DNA of 64,000 nucleotides from Octopus vulgaris (lineage: Eukaryota), in the NCBI GenBank assembly GCA_951406725.2, contig OX597817.1, positions 99,572,001 through 99,636,000 of the forward strand, read 5' to 3'. Below, piece by piece: positions 52,295-64,000 of the stretch. The notes beneath the pieces were generated by a model that searched no databases, was not told where the DNA came from, and saw nothing but the letters and a program-made list of their open reading frames with translations. Numbering within the stretch: position 1 is the first letter of the stretch; the number at the start of each line of letters is the position of its first letter. A program made the translations under genes and the position numbers.

Positions 52295-52640
52295 GGCGCA
52301 GGAGTGGCTGTGTGGTAAGTAACTTGCTTACCAACTACATGGTTCCAGGTTCAGTCCCACTGCGTGACACCTGTGGCAAGTGTCTTCTACTATAGGCTCG
52401 GGCCGATCAAAGCCTTGTGAGTGGATTTGGTAGACGGAAACTGAAAGAAGCCCGTCGTATATATATATATATATATGTTTGTGTATCTGTGTTTGTCCCC
52501 CCCCCCTACATCACTTGATAACTAAGTGGAATAGAATAAGTACTAGGCTTACAAAGAATAAGTCATGGGTTCGATTTACATAACTAAAGGCAGTGCTCCA
52601 GCATGGCCGCAGTCAAATGACTGAAACAAGTAAAAAGAGT
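52295..52640 (+). mobile_element. tRNA-derived Octopus-type SINE (OR-like)
   Basis: Same family as 48675-49400; A/B boxes; tail CAGCATGGCCGCAGTCAAATGACTGAAAC. Confidence 0.88.
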
Positions 52641-52825
52641 ATATAATTATATATACATACATATTATATATATATAACAAAGAGGAGTTGTAAGGTACCA
52701 CACGAGTTGAATTATATATGAAAGGTTTGAAAATGCAATTTTAAAAGATGTTTATTTACTTTACCGGTTTCACTTTTCAGAAAAAGATTGTCAAAAGTAA
52801 CATGTAAAAGTCTGGTTGTGTTAAT

Positions 52826-53272
52826 TATTGGTTGTCACAAAATGCTACAATACATATATAGTCTTTGGTAACAAGAACATGTTAAGGATATAAAAAAGTT
52901 TAACAAGTTCATTAAAATATTGGGCACAAAGGATTACAACATATATATACATTCTCAAGAAAATGTTAAAGATAGTTTCCAGATGGAATTATTAAAATGT
53001 TCAGTGGAATATATTGGTATTGTATCTGTATATACATACATGCACAGAATATTGGTTGTCACAAAATACTACAATACATTCTTTGGTAACAAGAACATGT
53101 TAAGAACATAAAAGAGTTTAAAAAGTTCATTAAAATATTGGGCACAAAGAATTACAACATATATATACATTCTCAAGAAAATGTTAAAGATAGTTTCCAG
53201 AAGGTATTATTAAAAAGTTCTGTGGAATATATTGGTATTGTATCTGTATATTCATACATGTACAGAATATTA
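52826..53272. repeat. Tandem duplication, about 225 bp x 2
   Basis: ATTGGTTGTCACAAAAT at 52826 and 53051. Confidence 0.8.
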
Positions 53273-53303
53273 TGAGTTCAAAAAAGTTTACATAGTAGTA
53301 GGG

Positions 53304-56300
53304 AATTTCGATGTTTTAAAAAAAGAAAGAGAACTTGGAACTTAAGAGAGACTGCTGATTTTGAACTTTGTACTGAATGTAAACAAAACAATTGTCTTAA
53401 AAAAAAAGGGGAGAAAAAAGACCGAACTGTATTGAGTCAAATGTTGAACGATTTGTGTTTTTTTTTTTTTGCGAACTCTGTATTGTGTTTAAATGCATTT
53501 GATTTGGTTTTTCGAACTGTGTTATGTTTAAATGCAATTGATTGTTTTTCGAACTCTGTGTATGATTTGTCAACCTTTGTTTTGAAAACAAATTGTTAAA
53601 TTACGCAACCTCCGCCTGCTGTGTCTCTTGTTGTTGTGTTTGCCCCCCACCCCTCCATGGTGGATTTCTGGTTTGCTGAGCGCTGTCGCTGTTGCAAGTG
53701 GGCTGTTCCCGGAGTGAGGGCCTGTGGTGGCATCGTAAGGCCTAGGGCTCGCGTGGCGGCATAACAACTGGTGTCAGAAGTGGGATTTTAATTGCTGCAG
53801 TTGATCGGTTGTTCGCCATGGATTTGCTGGAGGCACGAATGAGGAGCCAGACCGGAGAGAAAGAGATCTCACTGGCTATGATTGTGGAGATGCTGAAGGA
53901 CCAGACAACACAGCTAGACACATTCATGGGAAGGCTTGAGAAGAGGCAACAGGGCTTACGGGAAGATCCCCAGGTGCTTGAGGATGCAGATGGGTCAGCT
54001 TTAGAGGATGAGTGTTGAACATGTGGTAAGGGTGGACACATGGGTGGAGATTGCCCGGCAAGTGAGAAGGAAAATCAAGGTGACCAGGAGGAACTTTGTG
54101 TTGCTGAACCTGTTGTGGTTGTTGAACCGGTAGTGGTTGCTGGACCCAAAGTGCTTGCTGGAGCTGTAGTGGTTGCTAAATCTGAAGAGACTGCTGAGTC
54201 TGAGGTTGCTGAACCCAAAGTTGCTGTTGCTGTTCCATGTCTTAATCCTTTAACATCTGGACCCCTGTCTCCTGGGACTCAGGATGACTGTGTGGTGCCC
54301 ATTGGGGAGAAGCCACAGGTGTGGATGGACTGTCGGCTGAACGTGCGTTCCGGGAAGCCTTCGGTGCAGAAGGCAGTAAAGAGGACCAAGCCTGGTAGCG
54401 AGGCGAGAGCGCTGCGGATGATGGTAGGACCACCAAGATCAAGAAGACTGCTCCAGTGTCGGGTGAGCTTTGTGTTTGATGGCTGCTTGGGGCTGGAGGA
54501 GCCTGACTGGCAGTGCACGCTGAAAGCTCGAGTGAGGGTCGGGCGGACCCTGGTAGAGGCGGGAGCTGACAGCGCTGGTTGGGTCAGCCAATTTCTCGGA
54601 AGTGACACAAGCGATTTGTAGAGGGCAAATCGAGGGACTATGCCAGGCGGTGGACCAGCGTCGGGGTCAGTTGTGTCACTACAGGAGGGCAGTTGAAGGA
54701 GGTGGTGGTCTGCCCGTGCAGTTGCAGAAGCGGTTCGCAAGGAGTCGCCAGTGCTTGGTGGGCACTTGGGTGTTGCGGAGGAAGCAGTTGTTGGCGAGGT
54801 GTGCAGGATGTTGGTTGCATGGACCTGGCGGAGCGCTATATCGACCCGGGCAGCCATCGCTCAGAAGATGGTCCCAGTTCGGCAGCGAGAAATGAAAGGA
54901 GATCGACGACAGGGGACAGTGAAAAAGTCGAGCGGTCCCTGGTCGTTAGCAATTGTTGTGCAGAATGGGGATGGCGCAGCAAGATGTTATGTAGACTATA
55001 GAGCCCTGAGAGAGGTGGCTGCCGTGAAGGATTGGCCGGTCCCTGCTTGTGTGAGGGAGTTAAGGAGTTTCCTCAGACTGTGCACCTATTATAGGTGCCT
55101 CATAGGAAGCTTTGCGACGTTGGCTGCACCGTTACACAAGATACAGAGGAAAGATGCTGATTTATGGCCAGTGGTAAAGTGGCGGCAGCAGGAAGCAGCG
55201 AGACCATCTTGGGAGGAGATGTCCAGGCTCAGCCCTGAAACTAAGAACTATTGGTGCCAGTGGGACCTTTGTTTGAGCGACGGGTTGCTTGAGAGGCACC
55301 CGATGACCTCAGTGAGCACTGGCAGTTGGTGGTACCCATGAAGATGAAACTTGAGCTGCTGGAAGAAGCTCACAGCCAGGTTGCAAGTGGACATCTGCAG
55401 GAAGGGCTGACTGGAGTACACCAACAGGTTGGAGAGGCTCTGAAGTTTTCGGGTGAGGTGATGAAGCGTCAGCATGGCACCAAGACTAGTGAGGTTTTCT
55501 CCGAAAATTGAGCAGGCGACCATGGGTCTGTCCTGTTCAGCTGGAGCACGCCTTCAGAGGTTTGGCTCACCCATTGAAGTCGTCTGGAGATACGACTGTA
55601 GTGTGCTTTTGTCGGGTCGACAAAGCCTAGGGAGGGGGTAGTGTTACGGAGGCAAGAAAAAGGTAAACAAACAGAAAGTATTATGCCCCTTATTCCATTA
55701 GTTGGAATTGAACCGGCGCTCCAGTTGTTCAGGACAATGGTACTTCCCTTTGTCTTGTCACTACCACAACAATTAATGATCCTAGGCAGCGACCTTTGAT
55801 CCCAACACCGTCACGGAAAGTTTTTTAAAAAATGAAAATGCTACCCTATATAAATGCAGCTGGCATTGGGTTAGTTGGTCAGTTGGCGCGGGAGAGCCAG
55901 CAGGGAGTGAATTGCAAATAGTTAGTCGGCGCGGGACAGCCAGCAGGGAGCGAATTGGAGATAGTCAGTTGGCGAGAGTCAGTCAGCCAGAGCGGAGCGG
56001 ATAAGGGAGTGAGATGGAGATGGTGGGGTCGGCGAGAGGCAACGACAAAGATGACAAGCGTGGTCTGGAGAAAGACAGACAGTGAATGTAAGAGATGACA
56101 GTGAAGGGGGCAGAGAGAAGCTGGACTGATATAGTGGGAGTTTTGTGATGATTCAGGGAAGTATTGCAGACGAGGTAATGTTTGTTTATGTTTGAATTTC
56201 GATGTTTAACTGTTTTAAAAAAAGAAAAGAAAGAGAACCTGGAACTCAAGAGAGACTGCTGATTTTGAACTTTGTACTGAATGTAAACAAAACGATTGTC

Positions 56301-56676
56301 TTAAAAATAAGGGGGCAAAAAAAGACCGAACTGTATTGAGTCAAATGTTGAACGATTTGTGTTTTTTTTTTTGCGAACTCTGTATTGTGTTTAAATGCAT
56401 TTGATTTGGTTTTTCGAACTGTGTTATGTTTAAATGCAATTGATTGTTTTTCGAACTCTGTGTATGATTTGTCAACCTTTGTTTTAAAAACAAATTGTTA
56501 AATTACGCAACCTCCGCCTGCTGTGTCTCTTGTTGTTGTGTTGGCTTCTGGCTGCGCCCCCCCCCCCACTTCCATGGTGGATTTCCGGTTTGCTGAGCGC
56601 TGTCGCTAGTGGGTTGTTCCCGGAGTGAGGGCCTGTGGTGGCATCGGAAGGCCTAGGGCTCGCATGCGGGATAACA
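53304..56676 (+). mobile_element. Internally deleted Gypsy element (same lineage as 12320-15929)
   Basis: Partial 5' LTR 53304-53766; PBS tRNA-Leu TGGTGTCAGAAGTGGGAT 53769-53786; PPT 55628-55641; 3' LTR 55642-56676 (TGTTAC..ATAACA). Confidence 0.9.
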
Positions 56677-56684
56677 ATGTATAT

Positions 56685-57173
56685 ATCTATATATATAAAA
56701 CTCAACTTGTGTGTCTGTGTGTTTAACTTCCCGGCACATCTCCTCCTAGCCAAGAAATCGTAGAACCACCAAAAATGGGTCACTTAAAGTTTAGGTGAAT
56801 GAAAATTGAACTGCGCTATTTCTGTTCTGAAATTCATCTAGCAAGTGCAAAAATTGATAATGTGTTTGTTTAGGCCTTATCCTATACATTGAATAGTGAA
56901 CTTTACTCAGTCAGCTGTTTGACGTGAACTGTGTTCACCACGCGTGCAAGCATGTGTAAATTGCATGAAAAATAAAAAATCAAGATATAAAAACGAATCG
57001 CCGTAAACATTGTAGAAATTCGGCAAAGAAATGAATTTTCAGGATGTAGCCTGGAGGGTTTTTTCGTATTAATCGTTTGGACTTTGTGAACATATACCAA
57101 TTGTTTTCATAACATTTTTAACGCTTTGAATTAAATGTGACCATTTTGCATTGAGTCTGCAGTTTGAATCACT
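56685..57173. mobile_element. Helitron/Helentron-like end; related end at 62358
   Basis: TCTATATATATAAAACTCAACTTGTGTGTCTGT shared by 56685 and 62358; similar start at 32097. Confidence 0.45.
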
Positions 57174-57177
57174 TTAA

Positions 57178-60100
57178 CCCTTTCGTTACTATATTTCTGA
57201 CCAAAATGAGTTTCAATTAAATTCTAAAATAATCATGAATTTAGGCTTGTTTCATTAAATAACTGTAACTCTTTTACTTATCAAGATATTAATGTGATAT
57301 TTGGAACATAATTAAAGAACGGGTTCTTAATCAATTCTATTGCATAACTTTTGTCTCAAAGTGACTTTAATTACATATAAATCCAGGTAAATTGAGCAAA
57401 AGGTAAAAATATTAAAATTTTATATAAACATCACCATAGAAAATGAATCATCAGCTAATATTCAATTGGGTATGCAACAAAATTTTGATAAAGAAGAATT
57501 GTGCACATCACTAGATCATCAGTTGAATTTAATGCACAACTGAACAGATGTACCATAAAGGTGGAATAAACTGAAATACTGGAATCCACCTAAATCCACC
57601 GCAAGTTTGACCGAACTAAAGAAATCGGCCAAAAAATAATATACGGCCTTGATTATGGTATGGAAGTGATAAATTCCAGACCACATCGTACCCTAGGCCA
57701 TGCTGACTAATAACTATTTTCCCTGTATAAAAACTAAATCCACAGCAGTACCCAGTATTTGCTTCACAAATTTTCCAAATTTGATCCCCCATTTTGTGTT
57801 TGTTTACAATCTGCGTAAATTTGTTTCCGAAGTGATCGCTTCAAACAAGCATACTGTAAAAAATAAAAGTCTAATGGTTTTGCTCCCTAAGAAAGACTAT
57901 AGATAAACTCTATCTCCTCAGAAAAATTGCTAATAAAAACATTTTAAAAGTTTTTTTACTTCATTTCAATGTAAAATCGTCTTTGCTGTCGCTATCGCCG
58001 CTTTGTTTCTTCGGAATCACTGCTTTTCAGTTCGGATACCGAGATATCCTATTCATTCTTGTACACCATGTACTTTTGCACCTCATTCATTCTTTTTCTC
58101 GATATCTCCCTCTTTTCCATTGAAAAAGCTCTAACTTCGGAATCAATGCTTGATAACATGAAACTCCTATCCGTTTGCAAAGTTGAAGAAAAATTGATGC
58201 CGAAAATAATGTGGAAAAAAATCTCCCAAACTTCACTGGGTTCAGATATCAGGTCAAGCAATGTCGGATACTATAAACCAACTATTTACAAAGTGAAATC
58301 ACGTGTTTTAACAAATGTACTAACGAGATTTGGGTTCAAATTTACATTTAAATAACAATAGAATGAAAAAATGGTGAATTTATCCGGTCTTACATGCTTA
58401 TAAGACCACACATCAAAACATTGGATAACATAATTGAAAATTATTGTGGCAAGGCTGATGAGGATGAAGAGGATGTAATAGAGAAGGAACCCGGAAGTCT
58501 CTGTGATCCAGGGGTTCCTCAGGAAAATGGATCACCTACCCTGGTGAACGACCAGGTAGTGAGGGATAGGGGAGCCAAGGGAGCAGAAACCGGAAGCCCC
58601 CCTGTACCAGTGGTCCTACAAAGAAACGAGGAATCAGAAAAACAGAAGAAAAAAGGGAGGACCGAAAACAAAAATAAGGAGGGAAATGGAAGAAAAGGCA
58701 AAACTACCAAAGCTGAAACCCCAACCCACCACACAAACAGCAGAGAACCCCATGGAGGATCCAATGCCACCCAGTACACTTCAGGAAAGAAGGAATCTGG
58801 AAGGTACCGAAGAACCTGTAAGTTCTACCTGCGGGGCAAATGTTGGTATGGGGAGGACGGCAAAAACTGCCGGTTCGCCCACCCGACACCCCGCCAGAAC
58901 TTCAGGGGACTCAAAGAAAAGAGCTTTACTGAAGGAAGACAACAAATATCTACCAGAAAAACTCTCAGAAAAGAAGTGTGCTCCTCAGATGTTCTGCGCA
59001 ATGCAGCAGCTGAGCAAGAGTCTTTTATGCATGGCGCAAAGAATTGTCCGGCAACTAACATGGCTACACCAAGCACAGAGAAGGAACCCTGCCCACCACT
59101 ATGCAAGACCACCACAGTCAACAGACACGGGATGGCCTCCCCTAACGCCTGCACAGCCGTCATCCTAATACTTTTACTAAATATTGGGAGCCTGTTACAT
59201 CAAAATAGAAACAAAATTTCTTTCCTGAGAGATTTTACTGCATGCAATCAAGCCCAATGCATAGCACTCGTGGAAACTCACCTCAGCCCTGATATAGAGG
59301 ACACAGAAGTACACATACCAAACTATGCCATACTGTGAACAGACAGAAGGGAAAGGAGCCATGGTGGAGTTGCTGTATACATCCGAGATGACCTCACACC
59401 CCAGGTCTTGATGACATACTCAAATTCGGTATGTGACACTTTAATTGTATACATAAGACAATATAATATAGTCATATGCAATACATATTGCCCACCGGAT
59501 GCTCCAAATCACATAGGCAAGTTTGAAGATTGCTTCACAAGAATTAAAAAATCCTCATGAATCTGGAACACCACGTGACCATATTTCTTATGGGTGATTT
59601 CAACTTCCCCAACGTCAAATGGCCCGAAGGTCTCATACTCTCAGGAATGAATCATTTCAAGCAAGTACAGGTGGAGTCCCTGCTCAACCTCACCAACGCC
59701 TTATTCGTGGAGCAAGTTGTACTCAAACCAACTAGGGCAAATAACATTCTGGATCTCTGCTTCACGAACAATATGGACATCATTCATGATGTGAAAGTTA
59801 CACCGACATTAGTTTTGGATCACAACATAATAGAGCTGTCTATGTTTGGGCCAAAAGTAACCAGAGGCATACAGCCTAAAGGAAGCACCCGAAATATCTC
59901 CAATCTGAACTTCCACAAAGCAGATTGGAAATCGATCCAAAAGGAGATCCTCAGAGAGGACTGGCCGGAATGTCTCTCCACACCAGACATTGACATGAAA
60001 CTAGAATGTTTCATGTCTTCTGTGCAAGCCTTATGCCAGAAATATGTCTCAGAGCACAAGGCCAAAACAAATAGGAGCAAGATTCGAAGAGACGGGAAGA

Positions 60101-62266
60101 TCCTCATGAGACGACGGACGAAGGTTGCAAAGCGTCTCAACCAACATCCCAAAAGTAGCGAAACGTCCCGCCTAAAAACAACACTGATGGAGATCGGAAA
60201 AGGCTGCAACAATCCTATATGAGAGAGAAAGCAGACAAAGAAGCCTGGGTTATAAAAAACATTAAATCAAACCCAAAGGCCTTCTTTCATTACGCGAAAG
60301 AAACAATGTCAGTACACTACAAGATAGGACCCCTCCTCCAAAAGGATGGCTCCCTCACAGACAGCCCAACTAAGATCAGTGAGATGCTGAATGACCAGTT
60401 CAAAAGTGTCTTTACCACCCCGTTGGAACACAGACAAGTGAACGAACCAGTGGACTTCTTTGCCGCCTCACCTATAACCAGTGAGGCAGTTACAATAGAA
60501 CATATTGACATTAGCGAAGAAGATGTCCTACTAGCCATAGATGAAGTGGACACTAACTCAACTGCTGGTCCAGATGGTTTCCCAGCAATCCTCCTCAAAG
60601 CGTGTAAGCGTGCCCTAGCAAAACCCCTCAAGATTCTCTTCCAGAGCTTTCTTACAAATGGCAAACTGCCAAGCAAGCTGAAGGAGGGAATAATATGCCC
60701 AATACATAAAGGGCTAAGTAGAGCAGATGCCAATAACTATAGGCCTATCTCTCTGACTTCACACATCAGCAAAGTCATGGAACGGATACTCAGTAAGAAA
60801 CTAATCGCATTCCTTGAGGAAAATAACTTGCTGAGTGATACCCAGCATGGTTTTCGACCAGATAGGAGCTGCCTGACCCAGCTCTTACAGCATTATGACT
60901 GGGTGTTGAGGCAGTTACTCAACAAATCAAATGTGGACGTAATCTACCTTGATTTTGCAAAAGCTTTTGACAAGGTGGATCATGATATGATATGCCACAA
61001 ACTGCGTGACCTCAGCATAGCTGGAAAACTTGGAGTGTGGTTACATGACTTCCTGAAAGATAGGAGTCAGGCAGTAGTGGTTAATGGAGCCACCTCTATG
61101 AACACACAAATAGTGAGTGGTGTTCCACAGGGCATTGTCTTGGGACCACTGCTTTTTATAGTGGCCCTCTCAGATATTCCCTCAAGTGCCCTGATAGCCA
61201 CTCTGGCAAGCTATGCAGACGATATGAAAGTCTCGCAGAAAATACAGAACCCCAGCGATGTTGCCCACCTGTAGCAGGAGTTGGACTCAATCTACAGATG
61301 GGCTGAGGATAATAATATGCAGTTTAATGCTGAAAAATTCCAGGCCCTGCGCTACCAGCATCCAAAAGTGAATATTAAACTTACAGGATACACCGGTCCA
61401 CAGGGAATTTGAATCCCAGAGCCTAAGTCTGTGAGGGACCTGGGTATCGACATGAGTGAGGATACCTCTTTCTAAGTGCACCAGGATGGTGACAAAGTGC
61501 AGACGACTGGCTGGATGGATCCTAAGAACATTCAGAACCAGAGATAAGGAAACCATGATGGTCCTGTGGGAGACATTCGTCCTCAGCTGCCTGGATTACT
61601 GCTCATAGCTATGGTCACCCACCAGTGTAAAATTAACAGTGGACCTTGAAGCAATCCAGAGAAGATTCACAAAGAAGATTGTCTCTTTGCAACAGCTCAG
61701 CTACTGGGAAAGGTTGAAACAGCTAAGACTCTACTCCCTGGAGAGAAGACGGGAGATGTATGCAGTAATATATGTCTGGAAGATCCTGGAAGGAATTGTG
61801 CCAAATTTTGGCATTGTAAGCTACACCAATGCTAGAACGGGACGACACTGCATAGTGCCAAAGACCCCAGCATTGCCATCACGCTTCAGGACCAGCTTCT
61901 GCAACAGCCTGGGTTTCAAGGGCCCACAGCTTTTAATATTCTCCCAAAGAGTCTGAGGAACTTGCACAAAGTAGATGTAGCATTTTTAAATCAAAGCTAG
62001 ACATCTTCCTGTCGAGAGTCCCAGATGAATCTACCTCACGGCAAGAGGTGCAAATGAGAGTAGCTATATCAAACTCCATTCTTCACCAAGTGCCACATAT
62101 TAGAAGAGGTTCTTCGTAATAACAGTGTAGCACAAAACGCAGTGCATCAGCATGGCCGCAGCTCTGAGCTGAAACAAAAAAAAAAAAAAAAAGGTTCTCT
62201 TGGCCGGGCATGGCCGAGTTTGTATTATGAACCAAAAATTTTTCGGCCGGGTTAGTAACGAAAGGG
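57178..62266 (-). mobile_element. Non-autonomous piggyBac element carrying a CR1-group LINE
   Basis: TTAA|CCCTTTCGTTAC ... GTAACGAAAGGG|TTAA; homologous to 33607-34626. Confidence 0.88.
58393..62192 (+). mobile_element. CR1/L2-group LINE (CCCH finger + APE + RT), 5'-truncated, decayed
   Basis: CKFYLRGKCWYGEDGKNCRFAHP; LVETHL; MGDFN; YRPISLTS; YLDFAKAFDKVDH; GVPQG; YADD; stem-loop + poly(A) 3' end. Confidence 0.92.
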
Positions 62267-63479
62267 TTAACCAAATTTTAGCAGGCCAGATTTTTGATCA
62301 TCACGATACATCGCCAGCGACTTCCTGAAACTCTCCCCTGAAATCCCCATTGGGAACTCTATATATATAAAACTCAACTTGTGTGTCTGTATGTGACTGG
62401 TTTGGTAGCCTTCAACTAACACTATCTCGTTCGAAACCCTGCAGCACAAGTTGACCAAAATTGAGAGTATGATAGAAGACGGCTTGCTCTTCATTCTGTA
62501 GAAGATAAAATTCAAATCGGACCATGTTAACACCAAAAATTATTTATATCAAAAAGGTGCTTTTTTCTATGGAAATCCCTATTTTTTACGATTTTTGACT
62601 GGTGTGTCACCATTTTTCGGTGTATTTCAACTGGAAAAATCTTCACTTGAAGAGAATAACAATTCACTGCAATAGTTTACGCCGGTTTGAGAACATATTA
62701 ATTAAGAATTAAAATCAAAATGAGGGTGAAAAAATTGTATATTAATTTACTAACGCCAGTGGTTTAGCGCATAAAAAACTGAGATTCAGTAAATATTATT
62801 AATACACATATGAGAGAGAATCCACTAAAGTGGACGCCCTTACTCTAACCACAGAAAAGAAATGTCGATAGGGAGAAAAAATTGCGTGTAGGGGCTATGA
62901 GAAAATAAAACGAAAGGGACAGTTTAAAAAGTTCAATGTTAAAAATGTATAGACATCGTGGTATATTTTAAGGATTTCACATCAATAACAAAGTCAGTTT
63001 GATCCGTGAAGGAGAGGTGCAGTCAGAATGCAGGTATCCTTAGAGGTAAAAAAATCCAATGGAAAGGTAAGAGCTGGTAGTGGTATTGGTAGAATATAGG
63101 ATAAAAGTGAGACCACGTGGGCGCATGATATATAACGGAAGGTTTATGAAAGTAAACAAAAGACGAAGGCAGGTTTATGAAAAATAAACAAAAGACGAAG
63201 GCAGGTGGAGTACAAACAAATAATGTATTAGTATGGTGCTCAGGAATAGAAATAAAACAAGTCTTTTACGTTTCGAGCCGACGCTCTTCGACATACAAAA
63301 TAAGAAAATGGAGAAATACACCTTAATCAATAATCAACTACCAGATAATACCCAATCACATAATTTATTAACCAACTACATATGAACACCAAGGTCAAAC
63401 ATAGTAGTACAGAACAAAACAATGCACATCAATGAGTGATATGATACAATATGTATAAATAAATATAAATATAAACTAC

Positions 63480-63606
63480 ATCTTACAGCTGTTTCAGCCA
63501 TGTAGATATGAGTATTTCATTATGCTCATATTAGCCAGGTGTGATAAGTTAATATGTGGTTAAAAATGAGACACTTACAATTATATCCCAAGGCCTCTTC
63601 AGAGAT
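63480..63606 (-). ncRNA. Type I hammerhead ribozyme with long stem II loop (probable Penelope pLTR)
   Basis: AUCU-CUGAAGA-GGCC[about 92 nt]GGCU-GAAA-CAGCUG-UA-AGAU. Confidence 0.75.
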
Positions 63607-63930
63607 TATAAAGTACAATCTAAATATGAGTATCAGAGAAGGTACACACATACAATAATGGGTACATACACATAATATATAATATATACATATAAGTGTA
63701 TATACCCATGCTCCTATATATATATATACACGTATATACATAATAATATATAATATTATACATACATATATACAAGGTTACAGTTAGTCAAATCAATATA
63801 TTAGAGTATTACAATATACAAACATACACATATCTACATGCAAATGTACATATACAAAGTCAAGCGTTCATTATATTAAGTTACAAAATGCCATTAATAT
63901 TACTATTATTACCAATATTATTATCATTAT

Positions 63931-63961
<31 letters not shown>

Positions 63962-64000
63962 AACAATACCAGTAAAACAATATGTGCATCACACGGTTCA

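Noticed and set aside
52295-52365. tRNA gene
   Set aside because: tRNA-derived SINE head continuing into SINE body and tail; no intact cloverleaf
52755-52800. Hammerhead-like GAAACCGGTA on the minus strand
   Set aside because: CUGANGA core degenerate; at most a Penelope remnant

Overview
AT-rich, microsatellite-laden eukaryotic DNA, almost certainly cephalopod (Octopus-type tRNA-SINEs and RTE-tail repeats). It is essentially a mosaic of nested transposable elements, and no host protein-coding gene can be supported. Contents: a near-complete CsRn1-clade Gypsy element whose 3' LTR was hit twice at the same nucleotide by Tx1-clade LINEs; three further Gypsy elements; RTE, CR1-group and Penelope retroelements, with hammerhead ribozyme motifs; piggyBac and pogo-like MITEs; and five non-autonomous GG-ended TIR elements, four with 8-9 bp TSDs (Merlin-like). 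These include two multi-kb foldback palindromes that share a conserved central loop with paired E2F-like sites, and a 14.8 kb TIR/TSD-bounded container. The strongest novelty candidates are (1) an apparently LTR-initiator-targeted Tx1 LINE, (2) the modular foldback family with arm homogenisation and a three-level TIR-in-TIR nest, and (3) non-coding RTE-tailed elements carrying exchangeable tandem 5' monomer arrays. Coordinates were read by eye and may be off by a few bases.
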